Shown piece by piece: positions 28,527 to 35,947 of a stretch of DNA of 35,947 nucleotides. The position numbers and the translations under genes were made by a program. Source of the DNA: Rickettsia typhi (lineage in GTDB: Bacteria; Pseudomonadota; Alphaproteobacteria; Rickettsiales; JABSSG01); contig CAMCSP010000003.1 in NCBI GenBank assembly GCA_945877755.1, positions 1 to 35,947 on the forward strand, in the 5' to 3' direction. The notes under the pieces were generated by a model. It ran no database searches. It was given only the letters and a program-made list of their open reading frames with translations, and was not told the origin of the DNA. Each line of letters opens with the position of its first letter. The stretch's first letter is position 1.

Positions 28527-31181
28527 ATGAAAAACTTAAGTCAGTTACGTAGTTTATTTTTAGATTATTTTAAAATGCATGGCCATAAAGCTGTGCATTC
28601 CAGTTCCTTAGTGCCGCATAACGACCCTACTTTAATGTTTACTAATTCAGGGATGGTACAGTTTAAAGATGTTTTTACTGGTAAGGAAAAACGTGATTAT
28701 ACCAGAGCAACTTCCAGTCAAAAATGTGTGCGTGCAGGGGGTAAGCACAATGATTTAGATAATGTAGGTTATACTGCAAGACATCTGACTTTTTTTGAAA
28801 TGTTGGGGAATTTTTCATTTGGTGATTATTTCAAAGAAGATGCAATTAAATATGCATGGGAATTGGTGACGAAAGAAATTGGCTTTAATAAAGATAAGCT
28901 ATATGTAACAGTTTATCACGAAGATGATCAGGCATTTAAATTGTGGCAGAAAATAGCTGGTTTAAATGAAGATCGAATTATTAAAATCAGCACTAATGAT
29001 AATTTTTGGTCTATGGGTGATACTGGCCCATGTGGTCCATGTACTGAAATATTTTATGATCATGGAGATAAAGTTTTTGGTGGGTTGCCAGGCACAAAAG
29101 ATCAAGATGGTGATCGGTATATTGAGATTTGGAATCTGGTTTTCATGCAATATGAACAATTAGCCAATGGTAGTAGGGTAAATTTACCAATGCAATGTAT
29201 TGATACTGGTATGGGTCTTGAACGACTTTCTGCAGTAGTGCAAGGGGTACATGATAATTATGAAACAGACTTATTTAGATCGTTGATTAAATCTTGTGTT
29301 GATTTTATAGGAGTGCAGCCAGCTGACAAAGCTAAGGTTTCTTATCGAATTATTGCAGATCATTTGCGATCATCTTCATTCTTAATAGCTGACGGTGTTA
29401 TTCCTTCTAATGAAGGCAGGGGATATGTTTTAAGAAGAATTATGCGTCGAGCTATTAGACATATTCATCAATTAGGATATAAGAAGCCATTATTATATCA
29501 GTTACTTCCTAGTTTAGTAGGACAAATGGGTGATTCTTATCCAGAATTAGCAAGAGCGCAGGAATTTGTAGCGCAAGTATTATTGCGTGAAGAGGAAAGT
29601 TTCATAACCACTCTAGAACGTGGGTTGAAGTTACTAAATAGTGAAGTTGATAATTTGGTAAATAAGAAGAATTTATCTGGGGAAGTGGCATTTAAACTTC
29701 ATGATACTTATGGTTTTCCACTGGACCTTACTACAGATATTTTGAAGGACAAGAATATAGAGGTTGATGTTGATAGCTTTAACAAATCTATGTTGGCACA
29801 AAAAGAATTAGCTAAAAAATCTTGGGTTGGTTCTGGTTCGAGCGTAGTAAATGATTTATGGTTTGAAATAAAAAACAAGCATGGTAACACGGAATTTTTT
29901 GGTTATGATTTATCAGAAATTTCAGCAACTGTTTTGGGTATAGTACAAAATAATATTTGTATAAACGAAGTAAGAGAAGTAAATAGCAAGTTTTATCTAG
30001 TGGTAAATCAAACAACTTTCTATGGAGAATCTGGTGGTCAGCTTGGAGATGTTGGTATGATATCAGGAGATGATTATTTACAGGTTAAAGTGGTTGATAC
30101 AAAGAAACCAATTGCTGGTTTGCATGTTCATGAATGTGTATTACTTAAAGGTGTTATTCATTTAGCACAAGAAGTTAGATTGACTGTGGATCAAGGTTAT
30201 AGGAAAAAGCTTAGAGCCAATCATACTGCTACTCATTTGTTGCATGCAGTGTTGCGTCAAAAATTAGGTAAACATGTAACGCAAAGTGGATCGATGGTTT
30301 CTTCGGATCGATTAAGGTTTGATATAAATTATTCAAATTCAGTTTCACATTCAGTGCTTAACGAAGTGGAAGCCGAAATAAACCAATTAATTATAACCGA
30401 CTGTCCAGTAACAACTAAAATAATGGATTACGAACAGGCTTTAGAAAATGGCGCAATAGCTTTGTTTGGTGAAAAATATGATTCGGAAGTTAGAGTGGTA
30501 TCTGTTGATAATGGTTGTAAGCCAGATATTTCAACAGAATTATGTGGTGGTACGCATGTACATCGTTTGGGCGAGATTGGTTTGTTCAAAATAGTTTCTG
30601 AATCATCTATTGCTGCTAGCATAAGAAGAATAGAAGCAATTACAGGTGCTGAAGCATTAAAATATACTCAAAAACAAAGTGATCTTATTATAAACTTGTC
30701 TTCGCTAATGAAAACAAATGCCGATGAATTGGAAGTAAAAATTGTAGGGTTGATTGATAGTAAAAGAAAATTAGAAAAGGATATCGAGGGAATGAGAGGT
30801 AGTAATCTTGCTGGGTTATTATCTTTTACAGAAAAGGATACTACCAAGATTGGTCATTATATATTTGTAAGTAAGTCTTTAGATAATTTTGAGGTAAAAG
30901 AATTAAGGAACGCAGTGCAGAATTATGTAAGAGATAATCCATCTTCGATTATCATTTTATTTAGCGTTACTGAAGAAAAAATCTCGTATGTTGCAGCGGT
31001 GAGTAAAGATAGTTATGAACATATTTCTGCTTTAGAATTAGTTCATATTGCGGCTGATATTTTTGGTACTAAAGGTGGTGGCCGCAATGATTTAGCTCAA
31101 GGCGGTGGTGTTGATTCTGCTAAAATTCCTTTTGTAATTGATGCAATTAAAGATTCTATTACTAAGAAATGCGCAAAATAA
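28527..31181 (+). CDS. alaS: Alanine--tRNA ligase
   Basis: DPTLMFTNSGM, FFEMLGNFSFG, IDTGMGLER, editing domain HTATH...ELCGGTH, GGGR C-Ala domain. Confidence 0.99.
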   Translation: MKNLSQLRSLFLDYFKMHGHKAVHSSSLVPHNDPTLMFTNSGMVQFKDVFTGKEKRDYTRATSSQKCVRAGGKHNDLDNVGYTARHLTFFEMLGNFSFGDYFKEDAIKYAWELVTKEIGFNKDKLYVTVYHEDDQAFKLWQKIAGLNEDRIIKISTNDNFWSMGDTGPCGPCTEIFYDHGDKVFGGLPGTKDQDGDRYIEIWNLVFMQYEQLANGSRVNLPMQCIDTGMGLERLSAVVQGVHDNYETDLFRSLIKSCVDFIGVQPADKAKVSYRIIADHLRSSSFLIADGVIPSNEGRGYVLRRIMRRAIRHIHQLGYKKPLLYQLLPSLVGQMGDSYPELARAQEFVAQVLLREEESFITTLERGLKLLNSEVDNLVNKKNLSGEVAFKLHDTYGFPLDLTTDILKDKNIEVDVDSFNKSMLAQKELAKKSWVGSGSSVVNDLWFEIKNKHGNTEFFGYDLSEISATVLGIVQNNICINEVREVNSKFYLVVNQTTFYGESGGQLGDVGMISGDDYLQVKVVDTKKPIAGLHVHECVLLKGVIHLAQEVRLTVDQGYRKKLRANHTATHLLHAVLRQKLGKHVTQSGSMVSSDRLRFDINYSNSVSHSVLNEVEAEINQLIITDCPVTTKIMDYEQALENGAIALFGEKYDSEVRVVSVDNGCKPDISTELCGGTHVHRLGEIGLFKIVSESSIAASIRRIEAITGAEALKYTQKQSDLIINLSSLMKTNADELEVKIVGLIDSKRKLEKDIEGMRGSNLAGLLSFTEKDTTKIGHYIFVSKSLDNFEVKELRNAVQNYVRDNPSSIIILFSVTEEKISYVAAVSKDSYEHISALELVHIAADIFGTKGGGRNDLAQGGGVDSAKIPFVIDAIKDSITKKCAK

Positions 31182-32329
31182 AAATCTTTCTAATTGCTGG
31201 TGAGGTATCTGGTGATAAACTTGGCGCTTCTTTGATTAAGTCATTAAGGGCTCAGTTTAAAGGTAAAATTATTTTTCAGGCTGTTGGTGGGGATAAAATG
31301 GCGGGTGAAGGAGTAAATTCTATCTTCCCAATGAATCAAATTTCTCTTATGGGATTTGTGGAGGTTTTATCTCATGTTTTTCGAATATTGAAATTAATCA
31401 AGCAGACTGTGAAAGCAATTTCTAATTTTAAACCAGATGTGGTGGTTACTATAGATTCACCAGGATTTGGAACCAGGGTGGCAAAACAAATAGACCGTAG
31501 TCATACTAAACTAGTTCACTATGTTGCACCCTCAGTATGGGCATATAAACCTAAACGTGCGGCCTATTTACAGAAATATTATGATTTAGTTCTAGCATTA
31601 CTTCCTTTTGAACCACCTTACTTTACTAGTGTTGGGTTGGCATGTGAATTTGTTGGTCACCCAAGCGTTGAAGATGATTGGATGAGCAGTGATTCTAAAA
31701 TGTTTCGAAAAAAATACAATATACCATCTAATGCATTAGTTTTTGGAGTTATGTGTGGTAGTAGGGCAGGTGAAGTGAGCATGATGCTTCCTGTTTTTGC
31801 TCAAACAATTGATCTTTTTAATAAACAATCACAAGATAAAGAAGTGGTTTGGGTTTTTCCAACTATTTCTAAAGAACTTGCTGAACAAATTAAAAATACT
31901 ATGAGTAAGTTCGATATAAATTTTGTGGTGCCAATAAATGAGCCAGAAAAGATTAACATGTTAAAGGCAATGAATTTTGCAATTGTAAAATCTGGCACAA
32001 TTAGTTTAGAGATGGCATTTGCTAATGTACCTACGATCGTTGCATACAAGGTTAATAAACTTACCGCATGGATTCTAAGACATGTTTATAAGATTAATAC
32101 CTATGTTAGTATCGTGAATATTTTGGCTAAAAAGGAAATTATTCCTGAGTTTTTGCAAGAGGATTGTACGGCAGAGAAATTATCTGCTGCTTTAGTAAAG
32201 CTTATTAAAGGGGATGGCAAAAAGCAAGTTATGGAATCTAAGAAAATTCTGAGTCAACTTATGCCTAAAGATAAAATTAAACCTAGTGATAAAGCTGCAA
32301 AGCTAATTCTTAAGTTAATACAGCACTAG
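31169..32329 (+). CDS. lpxB: Lipid-A-disaccharide synthase
   Basis: AGEVSGD, IDSPGF, YVAPSVWA, LPFE, FVGHP, GSRAGE, KSGT, PEFLQ. Confidence 0.96.
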   Translation: MRKIKIFLIAGEVSGDKLGASLIKSLRAQFKGKIIFQAVGGDKMAGEGVNSIFPMNQISLMGFVEVLSHVFRILKLIKQTVKAISNFKPDVVVTIDSPGFGTRVAKQIDRSHTKLVHYVAPSVWAYKPKRAAYLQKYYDLVLALLPFEPPYFTSVGLACEFVGHPSVEDDWMSSDSKMFRKKYNIPSNALVFGVMCGSRAGEVSMMLPVFAQTIDLFNKQSQDKEVVWVFPTISKELAEQIKNTMSKFDINFVVPINEPEKINMLKAMNFAIVKSGTISLEMAFANVPTIVAYKVNKLTAWILRHVYKINTYVSIVNILAKKEIIPEFLQEDCTAEKLSAALVKLIKGDGKKQVMESKKILSQLMPKDKIKPSDKAAKLILKLIQH

Positions 32330-33489
32330 AATTTTTTATAATTAGGGGCAGAGGATAAAATAATCCAGCCAAAAATTGCTGATATCAATGAGCCAGAAAT
32401 AACTCCAATTTTTGCTTGTTCTTGCATTAGTGAGTCACTAAAAGCTAACATATTGATGAATAGGCTCATGGTAAAACCTACTCCCGCAATGATTGAAACC
32501 CCATAAATTTGTCTCCAATTAGTGCCTTTTGGCAAATTAGCCAAGCCAGATTTTATAATTAGCCAACTGGCACCAAATATACCAATTTGCTTGCCAATAA
32601 ATAAACCAAGCGCTGTTCCTAATAGTAATGGTTCCATAATCATCCCTAAATTAATATTGCCAAAATTTATTCCAGCAGTGGTAAATGCAAACACGGGTAA
32701 TATAAGAAAATTTACCCATGGATGTAGAAAGTGGATGAAGTTTTTAAGTGGTGAGTGAGGCTTATTTTTTTGATCATAAAGTGGTATTGCCATTCCAACT
32801 ATAACTCCACCGATAGTGGTATGAATACCGCTTTGATAAAGCGCAAGACATAATACTGCTCCTGTCGCTATGTAAGCATATATTGATATAATACGTATTC
32901 GATTGAGTATATATAATGCTGCTATTGCTGAGATTACTATTGATAGAGGCAAAATAGATAACTTTCCAGCATAAAAAAGAGCAATTATAAGTATTGCCCC
33001 TAAGTCATCAAATATTGCAATAGCCAGAAGAAAAATTTTAAGTGTAGATGGTACACGCTTTTTTACTAACAGTAGTATACATATGGCGAATGCTATGTCT
33101 GTGGCAGAAGGAATTGCCCAACCATTCCAATGTTGGGGGGTATCATAATTAATAAGCAAAAAAACTATTGCTGGCACAATCATGCCACCTATTGCTGCTA
33201 GTAGTGGTAGTAGAATCTGTTTCTTATTTGATAGTGAGCCTTCAAGCATTTCACACTTTAGCTCCATGCCCACAAGTAGGAAGAAGAATATCATTAGAAC
33301 ATCTTTCACCAATTGCCTAAGTGGTTCAATTATGCTTTGTTCTCCAAAGCTTATTTCTATAGGCATATTAACGAAATAAAAATACCATTGTGCTGTTGGA
33401 AAATTGGCTAGAATTATTGCAAGAAGAGCAGCTGATATCATAATAATTCCACTGCTAATTTCAGACTTAAAGAACCTAGCTATGTTCAT
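32326..33489 (-). CDS. nhaA: Na+/H+ antiporter NhaA
   Basis: FFLLVGMELK, GWAIPSATDIAF, AIFDDLGA, GKQIG, GVGFTMSLFI. Confidence 0.97.
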   Translation of the reverse strand: MNIARFFKSEISSGIIMISAALLAIILANFPTAQWYFYFVNMPIEISFGEQSIIEPLRQLVKDVLMIFFFLLVGMELKCEMLEGSLSNKKQILLPLLAAIGGMIVPAIVFLLINYDTPQHWNGWAIPSATDIAFAICILLLVKKRVPSTLKIFLLAIAIFDDLGAILIIALFYAGKLSILPLSIVISAIAALYILNRIRIISIYAYIATGAVLCLALYQSGIHTTIGGVIVGMAIPLYDQKNKPHSPLKNFIHFLHPWVNFLILPVFAFTTAGINFGNINLGMIMEPLLLGTALGLFIGKQIGIFGASWLIIKSGLANLPKGTNWRQIYGVSIIAGVGFTMSLFINMLAFSDSLMQEQAKIGVISGSLISAIFGWIILSSAPNYKKF

Positions 33490-34265
33490 AAATTATTCAT
33501 TTTTTCTATTATGACTAAACCATTTAGAATTAAGTCTGGTTCAATTGTATCAAATAATTTACTATCATTATATAAAGTTGCAAAACCGCCTGTGCCTATG
33601 ATTATAAAGTCATTAGTGTTGCCAAATACTTCTTTAGCAATTTGTTTGCTTAATTCTTTTATTGCTGCCATATGTCCATAGTATATGCCTGATTGAATAG
33701 CATGAGAAGTGCTAGTACCAGTTACTGTAGGTGGTGCGATAATATCAATTGATGAGAGTTTTTCTGCTGCCAGAGATAATGAGTCCGCTTGGGTTTTAAT
33801 ACCGGGCAAGATAACTCCGCTTTTAAATTCACGATCGCTATTTACTGCAGCAATTGTGGTGCATGTTCCTAAATCTGCTATTATAATATTACGTCCGGGT
33901 TTTAAGTTCATTGCAGCAACACATCCTGTTACTATATCTGCGCCTATCTCGTGTGGATTTTTATATTTATTTACAACTAACCCTGTTTTTACACCTAGCT
34001 GAATCATAAAAGGATCGATGTTAAAATATTTTATGCAAGCGCTTCGCACGGAGTAATTTATAGAAGGGACTACAGAACAAATAGATATTTTTTTAATAAA
34101 TGTTGGCTTTATATTTTGTTCTCGAAAATAGCTTTGCAGAAATACCCCAAATTCGTCTGAGCTCCATCCTCGTTTTGTATTAATACGAAAGCGATGAGTA
34201 ATTTCTTCACCATTATGATAACCACCATATATCTGAGTATTACCTATATCAAGACAAAGCATCAT
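33486..34265 (-). CDS. coaX: Type III pantothenate kinase
   Basis: LDIGNT, SVVP, EIGAD, DLGTCTT, GVILPG, AIQSG, TGG. Confidence 0.93.
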   Translation of the reverse strand: MMLCLDIGNTQIYGGYHNGEEITHRFRINTKRGWSSDEFGVFLQSYFREQNIKPTFIKKISICSVVPSINYSVRSACIKYFNIDPFMIQLGVKTGLVVNKYKNPHEIGADIVTGCVAAMNLKPGRNIIIADLGTCTTIAAVNSDREFKSGVILPGIKTQADSLSLAAEKLSSIDIIAPPTVTGTSTSHAIQSGIYYGHMAAIKELSKQIAKEVFGNTNDFIIIGTGGFATLYNDSKLFDTIEPDLILNGLVIIEKMNNL

Positions 34266-35553
34266 GTTTCTTCTCCATATTTTTTTTATATATATAATAC
34301 ATAATTATAGTAGCTATAGTTAAAGCTCCGGCCGGGAGCATATGGTTTATACCATTCAGCAATTGTAATATTAGAGGAGAAAACCCACCAAATATTGCTA
34401 TACCTAAAGCATAACAAATCATAACTCCACGGCAACGGTTTTCTGGAGTAAATAATTTGTACATGATTACGCTACAACAAGTAGCATTAATACCTAAAAC
34501 TCCACCTAGTAAAATATAAGCCATATATAGCATTATAATATTATAGCCATGTGCACTTAGTAGAATTAGACTAAATGATAGTGGGAAAATAAAGATACAG
34601 GATAGAATATTAACATTCATTATTTTCCTTGCATCGCCAATTTTATCAATAAGTCTACCAGTAAGAAATGAGGTAATTGCGCATGTGAATAGCCCTGCTA
34701 ATCCCATTGAATACGCAGTTTCTTTACTGAATCCCAAGGAAATTAGATAGGGGCTAAGGAATCCTGATATAGTGTATGAGAGCATTCCCAGTAATGATCC
34801 TAAAGTAATGGTTATAATTACTTCTGTCTTGTATTGTTTTACTATTGATATTATACCTGCTTCCTTATTATTATTTTTGGGCATATTTTTTAATAAAGAG
34901 ATAAATTCAGGAGATTCAGATAGTTTACGCCTGATCATTAATCCAACTATAGCTAAGCTGCCCCCTATAAAAAAAGGCAAGCGCCAGGATATACCTGTTT
35001 TGCTAATTAATAATCCCATTCCCATAGCTAACCCGACCCCAAGAGAGCCACCTAGACTGGTAAGCCCAGAAACATTACCAAAATTACGTTTTCCTAAATG
35101 CTCCATTGCAAAAATTTTTCCTCCCATAACTTCACCACTTGCACTAATTGCTTGCAGTATTCTGCATGAGATAAGTAATATTGGTGCTAATATACCTATT
35201 TCTTTGTAATTTGGGAGCAAACTAATTAATAATGAAGGGATGGCCATTAACATTATTGATTGCTTTAACATTGGCAGTCTGCCATATCGATCTCCATACC
35301 AACCCCAGAACCATGCAGACAGTGGACAGATAAGCATAGTAAGGGCAAAGCTTAACATGCCAAATAATAAAGATGTTGAGCTTGAGTTACTTGGAAAAAA
35401 TTCAGGCGAAATGATGTATAATAATACCGCATATAAAGTGTAATCATATAATTCTAAGAAATTTCCAATCGGCACAAAAAACAGTATGTTTGTTTTTTTC
35501 TGTATAGTCTTAAGCTTTAAGAAGCCTGCTTGATTTTCTGGTACTTTTCGCAT
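34249..35553 (-). CDS. MFS transporter (MHS/ProP-like); candidate pantothenate importer
   Basis: GNFLELYDY, GWYGDRYGR, RILQAISASGE, WRLPF, ESPEF, about 12 TM. Its 3' end overlaps the coaX start. Confidence 0.88.
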   Translation of the reverse strand: MRKVPENQAGFLKLKTIQKKTNILFFVPIGNFLELYDYTLYAVLLYIISPEFFPSNSSSTSLLFGMLSFALTMLICPLSAWFWGWYGDRYGRLPMLKQSIMLMAIPSLLISLLPNYKEIGILAPILLISCRILQAISASGEVMGGKIFAMEHLGKRNFGNVSGLTSLGGSLGVGLAMGMGLLISKTGISWRLPFFIGGSLAIVGLMIRRKLSESPEFISLLKNMPKNNNKEAGIISIVKQYKTEVIITITLGSLLGMLSYTISGFLSPYLISLGFSKETAYSMGLAGLFTCAITSFLTGRLIDKIGDARKIMNVNILSCIFIFPLSFSLILLSAHGYNIIMLYMAYILLGGVLGINATCCSVIMYKLFTPENRCRGVMICYALGIAIFGGFSPLILQLLNGINHMLPAGALTIATIIMYYIYKKNMEKKHDALS

Positions 35554-35642
35554 GATAAAGCCCTCTATATAATTAGTTACTTAGCTGATAACTACCTAAT
35601 CTATGATTCTAAAAGCTATCATGATTATCATCAACCGGACGA

Positions 35643-35671
35643 ATTCTAACCTTAGCAAGAAAGTATGTCAA
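35643..35671 (-). promoter_or_regulatory. Sigma70 promoter of the MFS-coaX-nhaA unit
   Basis: TTGACA (35671-35666), 17 nt, TAGAAT (35648-35643). Predicted start about 35636. Confidence 0.75.
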
Positions 35672-35807
35672 GAATTAGAAGTTTAGAAATTGGATGTAGC
35701 TATTATTATAAATACATTGACTTGGAAACTTATATGCTCGCGCAATTAGAAGTAGAATTTATTATTAATATATAAATAAAAGTTATATCAATAACATTAT
35801 TTTACCT

Positions 35808-35947
35808 GGCTATGCAGTTTACTCCACTAGCTACTACATGTAGTATTGGTTATTATGAATATTAAACCGTCAAATTTGATTGAATTAATGGATATGTTTC
35901 CAACTGAAGAGTCGTGTTTAGAATATTTGAGTCTGGTACGTTGGCCT
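35808..35947 (+). mobile_element. Left end of an IS1595-family insertion sequence (truncated by the window)
   Basis: Putative terminal IR starting GGCTATG (GGCnnTG type), followed by the transposase start at 35855. Confidence 0.65.
35855..35947 (+). CDS. IS1595-family transposase N-terminus (partial)
   Basis: MNIKPSNLIELMDMFPTEESCLEYLSLVRWP. F-x-x-E-x-x-C-x-x-Y-L-x-x-x-R-W-P precedes the Zn ribbon in IS1595 transposases. Not in the ORF track. Confidence 0.8.
   Translation, partial: MNIKPSNLIELMDMFPTEESCLEYLSLVRWP

Noticed and set aside
1-35947. CRISPR array, prophage, integrase, rRNA or defence system
   Set aside because: No regularly spaced repeats or corresponding protein motifs found on reading either strand.

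Overview
AT-rich chromosomal window from an alphaproteobacterium that looks Rickettsiales-like (inferred from class I LysRS, an NDUFS4-like gene, tRNA-His retaining G-1, a stand-alone ftsZ and lpxB). Most of it is housekeeping: ffh, fabD, ftsZ-pgpA-pncC-coaBC, comM, lysS-eno-ftsB, dsbB, a GT4 glycosyltransferase, xseB, uvrD, rpiB-glyA-nrdR, ruvAB-tsaD, alaS-lpxB and nhaA. The strongest signal is a complete FMN riboswitch (2251-2395, minus strand) with its own near-consensus promoter and an RBS-sequestering platform. It controls a single fused YddA/Rv1819c(BacA)/ABCD-type ABC transporter, a candidate riboflavin/flavin importer from a family I do not know as a flavin transporter. Two other nutrient-uptake loci have switch-like leaders: an MFS-coaX-nhaA operon (candidate pantothenate uptake) and a DAACS transporter preceded by a Thr/BCAA-rich mini-ORF. 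An accessory islet after tRNA-His carries a Legionella-like APH(9), an FAD monooxygenase with altered motifs, acetoacetate decarboxylase and an unannotated 25-codon SDR (bdhA-like) remnant. The window opens inside a class D beta-lactamase and ends inside an IS1595-family element. All calls come from reading the sequence; no searches or folding programs were run.
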